This document shows, piece by piece, positions 25,231 through 37,679 of a stretch of DNA of 64,000 nucleotides. The stretch comes from Octopus vulgaris (Eukaryota). The DNA lies in contig OX597837.1 in the NCBI GenBank assembly GCA_951406725.2, forward strand, positions 19,592,001-19,656,000, given 5' to 3'. Below the pieces are notes generated by a model. It did no database searches. It was not told the origin of the DNA and saw nothing but the letters and a program-made list of their open reading frames with translations. Made by a program: the position numbers and the translations under genes. The stretch's first letter is position 1, and each line of letters begins with the position of its first letter.

Positions 25231-25848
25231 ACGACAGGCTATATTCAGTTTCCGTGTAGCAAATCCACTTAAAGTCTTTGGTCGGCCCGGAACTATAGTG
25301 GAAGTCACTGGGCTTAGGTGTCACTCAACGGGGCTGAACCCAAGGCCGCATGATTGAAAGACAAGCTTCTCAATCAGGCAGCTACGTTCGAACCTCTTTT
25401 TTCTTTTACTCGCGACGCATTTTGGAGTAAATAAAAATATTTTGACGCGTTTTGCGCCTAAAATAAAAACGAAACTCCAAAGATTTTTTTTAGATATTTC
25501 TATATTTTAGCTTATAAATATAAATAATCTCAAGTAAACGCAAAATACTTTTGTAATTACGTCTTTCATCAATAAATGAAATATAATTATGAAGTGCTTA
25601 TATTTAGAATTTTAGTTTCTATGTAAAATTTTTATTACATGAAATTTTTATTATTTTTGCGGTGCGCCAAGCTAGAATCAAGCTAGAATTAGCGGCACGC
25701 CGGTGGGCCATGGCGCACCTTTAGGTAATCCCTTTCTTCAAACATGGAGTAAGCTGTTGACTGTCGTGAAAAAAGCTCATGGTGACTGCTGTTTGTCTGT
25801 GATGGCTGACGCCAGTATGCAGATTGTGCTGGTAATTAGATCTATACA

Positions 25849-25896
<48 letters not shown>

Positions 25897-25929
25897 TATA
25901 TATATCATATTATATACATATATAACATG

Positions 25930-25986
<57 letters not shown>

Positions 25987-26139
25987 CAGACACATATGAT
26001 ATATGATATATATGTGTATATATTTATGTAAATATTTGTATATATATAAATATATATGTAAAATTTATATATATACATGCCTGCATACATACACACATAT
26101 ATACATATATATATATGTTTGTATGTGTGTAAGTATGTG

Positions 26140-26186
<47 letters not shown>

Positions 26187-26272
26187 GCCAACACACGAAA
26201 CTCTCGGGCATTGAGTTACTCTGTTGCTTCTGCGCTAAATATTTATGAAAATATACACTTATATTTTGGGTA

Positions 26273-26316
<44 letters not shown>

Positions 26317-26430
26317 TAGATAGATAGATAGGTAGGTAGATAGCTTACTATATATATATCCATAGAGAGAGATACGGATATATACATACATACATGCATA
26401 CATACATACATACATACATACATTCATGCA

Positions 26431-26462
<32 letters not shown>

Positions 26463-26877
26463 CATACATACATGCATACATACATACATACATACATACA
26501 TACCTACATACATACATACATACATACATACATACATACATACATACATACATACATACATACATACATAATGTATGAGTTAGTGGGTGCGTGTCTGCGT
26601 TTGTGTAAGATCACTGATTAAGTGTAAGGAGTGGAAACACCTTATGAAGTGAGGAGATGTAGAGGGAAATTGAAAGGTAAAGTTCCTCTTGAAGCATGTA
26701 AGAAAGAAGGCGGGTCAGGTAATTATTAGGAATTGAACGAAACGGAGAGAAAGGAGATCGCTTAAGAAATGGGTTGCAACACTTGGGGAAGTTTCTTGTG
26801 GTGGAAGATATAAATTAAGAAGATAAAATGGTGATATAAGCACTGAAATGCGTCTAGAGGCGGCAAGCGCAAGAGCA

Positions 26878-27085
26878 GGCGCAAGCACGGCTGTGATGTA
26901 AGTAGCTTACTTCCCAAGCATATGGTTCCGGGTTCAGTTCCACTGTGTGGCACATTTGGCAAGTGACTTCTACTGTAGCCTCAGGTCAACCAAAGCCTTG
27001 TGAGTTCTATTTGGTAAACGGAAATTGAAAGAAACCTGTCGTACAACATGTGTACGACGCGCTTCTTTCAGTCTGTGCGCACACA

Positions 27086-27119
<34 letters not shown>

Positions 27120-27286
27120 TGTGTGCTTGTGTTTATTCCTCATCTGACTACCAGTGTTGGTTTGTTTACATCCCTGTAACGTCACCGGTTTGGCAAAAGA
27201 CACCGACAGAATAAGACGAGGCTTAAAAAGAATAAGTGCTGAGATCAAATCGTTTGACTAAAAGCCTCCAATGATTGAAACAAGGT
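26878..27286 (+). mobile_element. SINE family A
   Basis: ggcgcaagcacggctgtg...ggttccgggttcag...gaataag...gattgaaacaag. Confidence 0.85.
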
Positions 27287-27509
27287 ACCAGAAATCTAAT
27301 AAAGATATATACAAGGTGTATCATTTTAGTGTCGAAATTTCCGTCGTACTCCTGTCATTGAAGTGTCACTTACATGTATTCTCAGCTAAATGGTTACAGG
27401 TGAGCTTTTTCTGAAGTTTCACTAGCTCACGTCACATGTTCATCATCCTTGGTACATACATTCAAATAATTACAAATAAACATGCATTCATACATACACA
27501 GATTACAAG

Positions 27510-27818
27510 TTACTTGTGATTATTGGGGCACTGGGGTATTATCACACTGCCTAGACACCAATCTTGAGAACTCAGGCTCCTCAAAATCAGAAAGGAGAAA
27601 GCTAATTCGAAGACTACAGATCAAAACCATCACTGGAACTGTAAAAATCTGAAAAACTTTCTTGAAGTTTATCATCTAACTATATATGAACAGGTCTAGA
27701 TATACAATTGCATCATTGAAAATACATACATAAAACAAAACATACATAAATGCACACATACATACATACATACATACATACATACATACATACATACATG
27801 CAAACATACATACATACA

Positions 27819-27850
<32 letters not shown>

Positions 27851-27915
27851 AACATGCATACATACATACATACATATAAACATGCATACATAATACACTG
27901 TTGATGTTGAAACTG
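27510..27915 (+). pseudogene. R4/Dong-type LINE C-terminus and 3' UTR
   Basis: LLVIIGALG...TNLEN...RRKLIRRLQIKTITGTVKI*KTFLKFII*. The P(I/V)IIGALG motif marks restriction-like-endonuclease LINE C-termini. Confidence 0.7.
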
Positions 27916-28227
27916 ACGCAGGTTCATCAAATCGATTCTATTAGTTGCACAGTGTATATTTGAAAGACATTCCAAAGATTTTAATATGAATGGATGCACA
28001 CATTTGGGTGTATGCATCGATAGTTCAGCCAACACACCCACTCAATCACATATTTACAAAAACCGGGGAATTATCGTCACTCAAAAAGTCTAACCGCTTT
28101 GTTAGCGACCGGCTTGAACTCTCTCAAGAACCTAAATAAAATACACACACGCACATACTTATAGAAGAATGTTCTTGACAGTGACATCAAAGTTGTAAGC
28201 CATCGTTAGTCTTGTTTTTATATAGTT

Positions 28228-28455
28228 TCTTATTTCTTTATTGCCCAAAAGGGGCTAAACATAGAGGGGACAAACAAGGACAGACAAAGGCATTAAGTCG
28301 ATTATATCGACCCCAGTGTGTAACTGGTACTTAATTTATCGACCCCGAAAGGATGAAAGGCAAAGTCGACCTCGACGGAATTTGAACTCAGAACGTAGCG
28401 GCAGACGAAATACCGCTAAGCATTTCGCCTGGCGTGTTAACGTTTCTGCCAACTC
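28228..28455 (-). mobile_element. SINE family B, near full length
   Basis: Reverse complement of 20755-20991. Confidence 0.9.
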
Positions 28456-28490
28456 AGTTGAGTTAAAGTTATGATTGGACCTGTTGGACC

Positions 28491-28535
28491 GCAATCCGAG
28501 AATGGCTTGGCTGGCCGAAACTTCGAAGTTAGTGT
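28491..28535 (+). other. Decayed hammerhead-like motif
   Basis: gcaat-CcGAGAAT-ggct tggct ggcc-GAAA-CTTCGAAG-TT-agtgt. It has the same palindromic helix III as the motif at 11551. Confidence 0.35.
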
Positions 28536-28673
28536 TAACAACATTCTTTTATAAGAATAATAAATTTATACTTTACAAGAATATAAAGTAACTCATCAGA
28601 TTAATGTAAAATTACTTTGATTATAACTTACCATAAAAATAAGCATTAATATATAGTGTATGTATAGAAGTAA

Positions 28674-28892
28674 TGTTTATCGCCACAACATTACTGCTGT
28701 TTTTAACCCCAGGAAGAACCTCTTTCAGTTGGTTAACGATGCAATCTGCACCTGGTATATATTGCGAGTAGGGTAGCAAAACCCCACCATCTTCTAGTGG
28801 ACGACGGGATCACTAGACCAAACTGTTTCGGGCTATTTGTGTCCATTGGCAGTGGTGAGCTAGAAATAGCAGGAATTCATTCCAGCTCGCAG
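28674..28892 (-). repeat. PLE-terminal-like repeat, inverted copy of 29383-29624, containing a decayed HHR (28810-28858)
   Basis: tttttaaccccaggaaga...ctagaaatagcaggaat...ccagctcgca is the reverse complement of 29383-29624. Confidence 0.8.
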
Positions 28893-28945
28893 TTTTTAGA
28901 AAACCAACATCCATGACTGATTGTCGTTTGGTGTTCTATATATTG

Positions 28946-29379
28946 GGATGGTTCTTGGTCTCAAGAATTTGTCTTATGATAAAGGCTGAAGACGCTCGAC
29001 CTTTATTCTCTAGAAAAACGACGAAGCCGTGGTGATCTCATTCTTGTTCACAACATCATAAGCGGAAAGTGTAACCTCTCGAAAGAGCTGTTATTCACTC
29101 CTGCTCCAGAGCGTAGGCTGCGGGGTCACTCCGAAAAGCTCTATCTGCGACGATTTCATCTCAATCGAAAGAGAGGGGCTTTCTCCGTCCGGGTTGCGGA
29201 TCCGTGGAATAAACTGCCGGACGAGATAGTGAAGATGCCGACGACCGCTCGGTTCAAGTCTCTCTTGACCAGAAATGGCCTGAACTCTTTGCATGAACAC
29301 CCCTGTACATAACTCCATGTCCCCCTACATGGCCTTGCTTTTTGCTTTTTGATCCAAAAAATTAACTTAACTTAACTTA
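28946..29379 (+). pseudogene. CR1-clade LINE ORF2 C-terminus and 3' tail
   Basis: GLKNLSY/RLKTLDLYSLEKRRSRGDLI...RLRGHSEKL...FSVRVADPWNKLPDEIV...FKSLL (one frameshift). Ends in (AACTT)3. Confidence 0.9.
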
Positions 29380-29382
29380 TAT

Positions 29383-29624
29383 TGCGAGCTGGAGTTCATT
29401 CCTGCTATCTCTAGCGGCCGGGTGTTCACCACTGACGATGAACACAAATAGCCCGAAACCGTTGGCTTTGGTGATCCTGTCGCCTGCTAGAAGTTGGTAG
29501 GAATTCGCTGCCCTGGTTTCAATATATACTTGGTTAGACTGCATCGATAACAAGCTGGAGGAGGCTCTTCCTGGGGTTAAAAACGGCATTAAGGTCGAAC
29601 TGCCATATCAATGTAGCGATAAAC
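29383..29624 (+). repeat. PLE-terminal-like repeat with hammerhead-like motif (29426-29474)
   Basis: tcacca-CTGACGA-tgaacacaaatagccc-GAAA-ccgttggc-TT-tggtga, with a 6-bp helix I. Confidence 0.75.
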
Positions 29625-29948
29625 TTTACTTCTCGGTATAGTTACTACTTTCATCTCTTATAGTAATTTCCTAACTAGTTACTTTGCTCTTATATATATA
29701 ATACACTCAAAATACCCGGCGTTGCCCGGGTTAAAGAAAATAATGAAATTTTAAAATGCTTCTTAGATCTCTAACATGAACACATAGGCGTAGGAGTGGC
29801 TGTGTGGTAAGTAGCTTGCTTACCAGCCTCATGGTTCCTGGTTCAGTCCCACTGCGTGTCACCTTGTGCAAATGTATTCTACTGTAGCCTCGGGCCGACC
29901 AAAGGCTTGTGAGTGGATTTGGTAAACGGAAACTGAAAGAATCCCGTC

Positions 29949-30002
<54 letters not shown>

Positions 30003-30161
30003 CTAATGTAGGATAACATTTTTTTCGAGAAAATAATTTTATCAATGGCCAACATATCAAAAAATACCTTTAAAGGTTAAATTTATAAATAATTTACAAA
30101 ATAAGGGCAAAAGAAAAATTCTAATGCCAAATATGCCGAAAAAAAAAAGACAAAATTGTCA

Positions 30162-30386
30162 ATAACCATTATAATTTATGCGTCTCGAAACAAACCGATA
30201 GAAATTTCTAAAAAATCCGTTATTACCGTATTGGTCCCAATTTCGGGGTTAATTCATAAGAATTTTCCCCTCTTCAGCGATAAATACGTGAGATATAAAT
30301 GAAATACTTACTCATACCCATGGAAAACGCAAGCACTAAGAAATTTCTATCGGTTTGTTTCGAGACGCATAAATTATAATGGTTAT
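30162..30386. repeat. Perfect 48-bp inverted repeat (30162-30209 / 30339-30386) enclosing a hammerhead
   Basis: ataaccattataatttatgcgtctcgaaacaaaccgatagaaatttct and its exact reverse complement. Confidence 0.95.
30218..30288 (-). ncRNA. Well-formed type I hammerhead ribozyme
   Basis: Minus strand reads ttatcg-CTGAAGA-gggg aa aattc ttat gaatt aa cccc-GAAA-TTGG ga CCAA-TA-cggtaa. All three helices pair. The AUA triplet predicts cleavage between 30229 and 30228. Confidence 0.8.
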
Positions 30387-30659
30387 ATATGTATATGTTT
30401 CTGTGTCTGTGTTTGTCCCCCTCCCACCAACATCGCTTGATAACCGATGCTGGTGTGTTTAAGTTCTCTGTAAATTAGCGGTTAGGCAAAACAGACCGAT
30501 AGAATAAGTACTAGGCTTACAAAGAATAAGTCCTGGGGTCGATTTGCTCGACTAAAGGCGGTGCTCCAGCATGGTGACAGTCAAATGACTGAAACAAGTA
30601 AAAGGGTAAAAGAGTATAGACTATGCAGGTCTTACCTCCTGGTAGCTGAGATACCAACT

Positions 30660-32067
30660 TTATACGTTAATAACCCGGCGTTTCCTAAGGTATTGAAAAA
30701 AATAAAATTTAAGTATGCCTTTTAAATCTATAAGTAAAATGAAACATGGTTTATGCAGTTCTCAATAGTAATTAGCTCAGGTACAAACTATTATTCGATG
30801 TTCCCACTATTAAAATTGTTAAAAACCAGGTAGTCTTGTAATCACCTTCAATTGTCAGTACTTATTTGAAACATGTTGAACCTGAAAATGCATAAATTTG
30901 AGAGGAACCGGCCTTACTCATATTAACATATCTGATGTTTTGAGTGTGTCCTTTAATTGGTGTATAAATGAAAAGATTTTGGAGACTTCTAATTCGCAAA
31001 CACCAAACATGTAAATGCTCATGAGAGAAAGAAAGTGAAGTCCTTGAGAGACTGTCCTTGAGACTTGTTTATTGACATAGAGAAATTCAGTTTCCCTGGG
31101 AACTGGTGGGCGTTTCGGAAGAAGTCGTCCATACTTGTTTCAATTTCTCTGTTTTGTGCGTTTGTGCATCCGTATATAAGCCTTAACCCTAGTCATAAAA
31201 AGTCGGAGAAAAAAAATTGAAAAGTTAAGGAGAGGGTGTATTAAAAGTCTAAAAGTATATATATTTTTTTTTTTTGCATATTCAGAATCTTCGTTGGAGA
31301 CACGGTCGGAATCTGTAGAAAAAAAGCACAAAGGGGTGGCATGCTTGTTCTCACTGTCCTCATACACACATATAATGAAAAAAGTTCAAACGGGGAATTA
31401 TTCCATTCAACGTCATGTTTATTATAGAGATTATGTTACAAATTATGCTTTACACTTCTATATTCCTTATTTTTGCTTCTGGTGCCTTCCTGTTAGAAAC
31501 GTTTACCTGAGAATTTACTTAAAGTGAAAAACATCGTATGCAACAGATAAGTCGTGTTAATAACATATATTTGTGTACCAGACATTTAGCTGTTATTTTT
31601 AATATGAATTTTCTGGTGAGGGCTTCATTTGCCTTCATTGCCTGTTACTCCAGTAGAAATCTACGGATGCACAAACGCACAAATCAGAGAAAATATAATA
31701 AATATGGGTGACTTGTTCCGAAACACCCCCGAGTGGGGAATAGTTCTCAAAAATATACCCCAATTGTTTTTCCCAAATTCCTATATGCTCGAAATCTACA
31801 TAGTGCGAGGTAAATTTTTATTCAATTTCATAAAATAATATCCATTTTTCGGAAAGTTATGATCATCCAAAGTCTGTTGTTATGCCCTGTTGAAAATTGA
31901 TCAATTAAATGAAATCTCCGTATGAAAATTTTTTTCTCACATACACACGGACTCACAGAGGTAAATATCTTACACAAGTAGAAAGTCGGAGAAGAATATG
32001 AAAAATGAAAGTAACATTAGAAATTCTTTTTTTATCTGAAATCGTCACAACTGTAATGATGTACACA

Positions 32068-32115
<48 letters not shown>

Positions 32116-32592
32116 TGTGTGTGTGTGTAAAGTTACGACGTTGACTTTGACAAAACAGTTAAGTGAAAGTGTTAATAAGTCAATTTACGCCAAGAATAAT
32201 CACATGGCATTTAAATGTGAAATATGAAGTCTTAATAAGGCGACTTGTTCCAAAAATGTCCGAAATATGTATTGGAAAATCAATGCACAATACACAGTAC
32301 CTCTTTAATTAATTGAGAAAAAGGCGTCTATCTCCGTATGAACATTTTTTTATGACATGAAAGTACCTTTCGAAATTCTTCTTTTAATCCTCACAACTGT
32401 AATGATGGATACATACGTGTGTGTGTAAATGGCTGGTTAGGACACCAAAGACAGGAAGTTCAAACACGCAAGACCGTATTATTTTTTACAAGGTGAAATT
32501 ATTCATGTACCCCGAGTATGGTACACATTCATCCAGGAGTTTGAGCGTGCATTGAGGACACACACCCAGACAGGGTATTTTATATATTAAGA
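30660..32592 (-). mobile_element. Non-autonomous Helitron with helicase remnant
   Basis: Minus-strand 5' end aTCTTAATATATAAAATACCCTGTCTGG at 32592, decayed 3' hairpin cccggcgtttcc at ~30674, and a Pif1 fragment inside. Confidence 0.55.
30934..31105 (-). pseudogene. Helitron RepHel Pif1-type helicase C-terminal remnant
   Basis: QFPGKLNFSMSINKSQGQSLK (motif V, compare QFP..LAFAMTINKSQGQ.L). After a frameshift, FSHEHLHVWCLRIRSLQNLFIYTP...TQNI (compare FSHGQLYV..SRV...). Confidence 0.9.
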
Positions 32593-32889
32593 TATACTCA
32601 TATATACAGTGGAAGTCTCTATATACGAACATAGCCCATTCTAGAGGGTCCTGTTTGTTTGTTATATGAGTAATTAAACTACATAATAGGGATAATCCAT
32701 TCCCGATCACACACAATACCCCATCAAGGCATTAAATGATGTCTCATTAATCCATCTATGAATATTAAATACATAAATATATGTGTGTGTTTTTGTGTGA
32801 GCGCGTTTCCATTTGTTTTGCTTCTGTCGATCCATGGTTAATTTTTGAGTTAAAAATATGTGAGACATTATTATTTTCTATATAAAATA

Positions 32890-33285
32890 GGCGCAGGAGT
32901 GGCTGTGTGGTAAGTAGCTTGCTAACCAACCACATGGTTCCGGGTTCAGTCCCACTGCGTGGCACCTTGGGCAAGTGTCTTCTGCTATAGCCCTGGGCCG
33001 ACCAATGTCTTGTGAGTGGATTTGGTAGACGGAAACTGAAAGAAGCCTGTCGTATATATGTATGTATATATGTATGTATGAGTGTCTGTGTTTGTCCCCC
33101 TAGCATTGCTTGACAACCGATGCTTGTGTGTTTACGTCCCCGTCACTTAGCGGTTCGGCAAAACAGACCGATAGAATAAGTACTGGGCTTACAAAGAATA
33201 AGTCCCGGGGTCGATTTGCTCGACTAAAGGCGGTGCTCCAGCATGGCCGCAGTCAAATGACTGAAACAAGTAAAAGAGAGTAAAA
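32890..33285 (+). mobile_element. SINE family A, full length and young (tRNA-like head, CORE-like segment, internal TA/TG microsatellite)
   Basis: A-box tggctgtgtgg, B-box ggttcagtcc, CORE-like caccttgggcaagtgtctt, tail gaaacaagtaaaagag. Confidence 0.95.
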
Positions 33286-33785
33286 TATGTAGATTTGGAA
33301 GCCTCATGAAATGCGTGCATGAACGTCAACGAACCTCGTTTGCATATGCTGTCCCAGACACTTACGTTCTACTCGTGGCTTGTCGTTCAAATTTCAGTTC
33401 GCTGCAGAAAAACTGTTCGTTATACAATTTGTCCATTTTGCGTACAGTTCGCGTTTGCTCTTCCAACAGTTAAATGCGTGTCTTGTCTGCTTGTGTTTTA
33501 TTGCTCAAATTTCAGTACGTCAAGTTGATAGCCTCCCAGTTACTCATATGCATACGTAGTCTGCTTGTAGGGGATGAAAAAAAAATAAACAAACAAAAAA
33601 CAGCAGCTTATTATGCGCGTTTCGTTTTTCTTCTAACAAACCGTTCGTATATGGGTACTCACTCCCATCACTGTATATGCATATACACGAATACGTACAT
33701 ACATGCATACATATATGCATACATACATACATGCATGCATACATACGCACACACACACACACACGCACACAAACATACGTATATA

Positions 33786-34194
33786 CTCTTTTACTCTTTT
33801 ACTTGTTTCAGTCAGTTTACTGCGGCCATGCTGGAGCACTGCCTTTAGTCGAGCAAATCGACCCCAGGACTTATTCTTTGTAAGCTTAGTACTTATTCTA
33901 TCGGTCTGTTTTGCCGAATCGCTAAGTTACAAGGACGTAAACACACTAACATCGGTTGTCAAGAGATGTTGGGGGGGGGGGCAAACACAGACACACAAGC
34001 ACATGCACACATACACATATATACGTATATACGACGGGCTTCTTTCCGTTTCCGTCTACCAAATCCACTCACAAGGCTTTGGTCGGCCCGAGGCTATAGT
34101 AGAAAACACTTGCCCAGGGTGCCACGCAGTGGGATTGAACCCGAAACCATGTGGTTCGTAAGCAAGCTACTTACCACACAGCCACTCCTGCGCC
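33786..34194 (-). mobile_element. SINE family A, full length, inverted relative to 32890-33285
   Basis: Reverse complement of the preceding copy. Confidence 0.95.
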
Positions 34195-34741
34195 TATAAA
34201 AGGAAAATATGTACAATAGGAAGTGATTTTTGGATGGTTCTGTGATATTGAATACATTCACTGCAAGGTGTTAACGTTTGGAACGAGGCTGTTTTTGGAA
34301 ATCTAAGAAGACTAGAATTTTATTGTAGAAAAGTAATTGAGGCATGGCGAGTAAGTGAAGTATGGAAGGCAGTAAGTGTTTTGGCATGTTGTTGTGAGGG
34401 TTTAAAACACGAAGCAAAAGTAAATATTTTGAAAAAAATCCCGGCGATTGAATTTAAAGAGTAAACTGTAAACTTACAACACCCATCGATTCCTGCTATT
34501 GATGAGATGGAAGTTGTTTGTATTGTTATTGGAGGGCTTGGAAATAATCAATATCGTCATCATCAATATCATCATCATCATCATCACCGCCACCACCACC
34601 ACTACTACCACCACCTCTACCACAACTACCACCACCACTACCACAACTACCACCACAACAACCGCCATCACCACCGCCACCACCACCACTGTCACCACTA
34701 CAACCACCACCAGCACCTCTACCACCAGCACCTCTACCACC

Positions 34742-34799
<58 letters not shown>

Positions 34800-35186
34800 C
34801 CATCATCATTCTCCTCATCGTCATCTCATCCTCAACCTCCGGCTGTTACTGTCTCGAATCCCAGAGCGCATACGAACAGCTACCTGGTTTCAATGGCGTA
34901 TAAGTGATCAAAATGACGTATAAGTGATCTCATTGAACGGGACAGCAGTGTGGTTTGACTGCATTCAGCTTGAAAAGAGGTTTTCCATTTGTTACGTCTA
35001 TTTTGCGAATGTATGTGTTCTACGTATGTGTTCATATTTGTGGCATTTGAGCGTGTTTGGTAGGTAGGTCTCTATATGCAATCAGAGCTGAATGATGACA
35101 GGACAGATGCTGCTTACCATCCTCCTGACTTCGCTAAGTACCCGCGCTGAGTCTAGAATTAATCAGTGGTACCAGAATGTCAAAAC

Positions 35187-36075
35187 TTATTTCTTTATTG
35201 CCCACAAGGGGATAAACGTAGAGGGAACAAACAAGGTCAGACAAAGAGATTAAGTCGATTACATCGACCCCAGTGCATAACTGGTACTTAATTTATCGAC
35301 CCCGAAAGGATGAAAGGCAAAGTCAAATCGTATGGCGTAAAATGTCCGACTCATCAGTATTGGACAGTTGATGAGCAGAATTTGTAGTTTAGCGTCGATA
35401 AAAATGTTCTACCGTAATTGTTTCGGCTCCTTTACGTTCTGAAATAAAATCCTTTAAGGTCAACTTTGTTTGTCAGTCATTCAACAAAATAAAGTACGAA
35501 TCAAGTACTGGGATTAATGGTATTCATTAATCCGCTCCCCTGAAAATTCTTGTCCTTGAGCCTGAATCAGAAATATCGTTGTTGCTGTTGTGGTCGTTGT
35601 CGTCGTCGCTCCTGATGTTGCTATCAGAGTGTTCTTTCTTTTATTATTTAATATGCTGAAGGCGGCGAGCTGACAAAATCGTTATCACGCAGGGAAAAAA
35701 GCTTTAGCGGCATTACGCTTGCCTTAACGTTCTGAGTTCAAATTCTGCCGAGGATCATTTTGCCTTTCATCCGTTTGGGATCGATAAAATAACTACCAGT
35801 TGAACACTGGGTTCGATATAATCGACATGTCTTCTTTCCCTGAACTTGCTGGCCTTGTACCAAAATTTGAAATTATTATTTATCGTGCTAAAGTCGTTAC
35901 CGCGCCGGAAAAAATTTCTTAGCGGCATTTCTCCTGACTTGATGTTCTGAGTTCAAATGCCGTTGGAGTCGCCTTTACCTTTCATCCTTTCGGAGTCGAT
36001 AAAATAAATACCAGTCAAGAACTGGGGTCGATCTAATCGACTTTCCCCTTCCCATAAAATTTCAGTCCTTCTGCC
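35187..36075. mobile_element. Cluster of four SINE B copies (35187-35325 minus; ~35365-35575, ~35658-35875 and ~35890-36075 plus)
   Basis: Repeated gttctgagttcaaat...cctttcatcc...tcgataaaa motifs. Confidence 0.8.
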
Positions 36076-36079
36076 CACA

Positions 36080-36403
36080 ATGGCACTTCGTCGCTTGCGA
36101 CGACGAGGATTCCAGTTGATCCGATCAACGGAACAGCCTGCTCGTGAAATTAACGTGCAAGTGGCTGAGTATTCCACTGACATTCGTACCCTTAACATAG
36201 TTCTCAGAGAGATTCAGCGTGACAGAGGGTGTGATAAGGATGGCCTTTTGAAATACGGGTACTATTTGTTTTTGCTACCTGAGTGGACTGGGTCAACGTG
36301 AAATAAAGTGTCTTACTCAAGGACACAACGTATCGCCGGGAATCGAGCGCACAATTTTGCGATCGTGAGCTCAATACCCTTAACCACTAAGCCACTCGCC
36401 TTC
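36080..36403 (-). mobile_element. tRNA-derived SINE family E (CORE-like)
   Basis: Minus-strand head gaaggcgagtggcttagtggtta...ctcgattccc, then tgtgtccttgagtaagacactttatttcacgttg. Confidence 0.85.
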
Positions 36404-36901
36404 ACACACACACACACACACACACATTTCAGTTTCCGTCCACTAAACCCACTCACAAGGCTTCGGTCGGATCGAGGCTATAGAAGAAGAGACTTGCCCA
36501 AGGTGCCACACCCATGCTTGCACCTAGATGTATTTTATTACTATTCAGCAGAAATAAGAGAGTGACCGAAGAGCAGAGGGAGTTGTGGATTAGCACTTAC
36601 CAAACAAGTTACAATCAACTTTGTAACTACTTCGTCAAGTGTTAACGCACGAAACTCACGGCCATCCAGTCCCACTCTTACTTTTGCCAAATATTGCATA
36701 AAAAAATATATATAGGCTACAGATATTTAAATTCTGCACGGGGAATCGAATTTTTTTACTTTGTACACCAGTATGTGTGTGGGTATTCATGTATATTTTA
36801 ACCATCTGTGTTTACACACATACACACACACACACAAATGCACACATACACACACACCCATTCACACGCACACATATATGTATGTATGTATATATATATA
36901 T

Positions 36902-36946
<45 letters not shown>

Positions 36947-37037
36947 CATACATATATAAATGTATGAATACATATATATGTGTGTGTATACACACACACA
37001 TATATACATGTTTATATCTATATATATATATGTGCAA

Positions 37038-37092
<55 letters not shown>

Positions 37093-37142
37093 TATATGTG
37101 TGTGTCCATATATGTCTCTATTTGTATATGTGTGCTTTTACA

Positions 37143-37185
<43 letters not shown>

Positions 37186-37475
37186 CACATACACATAAAC
37201 ATGCATACTTACGCCAAATACATGTGTATGTGTGTGCATATGCATACATGTATATCTGCATGTATCTATGCGCATATGCACATATGTATGTACACCTTCC
37301 TACACGCATGTACTACTAGGTGTCTTATAGGGGTTAAATTAAGAAAAACCAGTGTGTCGGAAGCTGGTTGTTGTCATGGTGATAATATAATAACTAAGTA
37401 AGTCACGCCTCCGAGCAAAAGACAACTCTGGGGGGAATTGAAGAAAAGAACATAAAAATCACCTGCATATACATA

Positions 37476-37547
<72 letters not shown>

Positions 37548-37596
37548 CATATATATGTATATATGTTTATATGTACATATACATGTAAATACACAC

Positions 37597-37679
<83 letters not shown>

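Larger units (their letters stand above)
24600..25390 (-). mobile_element. Old SINE family A interrupted by a hAT MITE, (GATA)n and a LINE tail
   Basis: 3' part cagtcattggactgcggccatgttggagc; middle aaccgccaagttacgggga; 5' part tcagtttccgt..aaatccact..ttggtcggcccg. Confidence 0.75.
29787..30614 (+). mobile_element. SINE family A, full length, with a ~390-bp insertion in its internal (TA)n
   Basis: Head 29787-29950, then (TA)n, insertion 30001-30386, and the 3' half 30387-30614. Confidence 0.9.

Noticed and set aside
28560-28605. Minus-strand CTGATGA followed by a stem
   Set aside because: There is no GAAA after the stem.
34499-34923. His-rich and Thr-rich ORFs resembling cephalopod histidine-rich proteins
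   Set aside because: This is a (CAC/CAT)n trinucleotide tract open in several frames, with no Gly-His periodicity, signal peptide or splice context.
35325-35365. Minus-strand CTGATGAgt...acGA
   Set aside because: GAAA is absent (GATT) and the sequence is cut by a SINE, so it cannot be supported.
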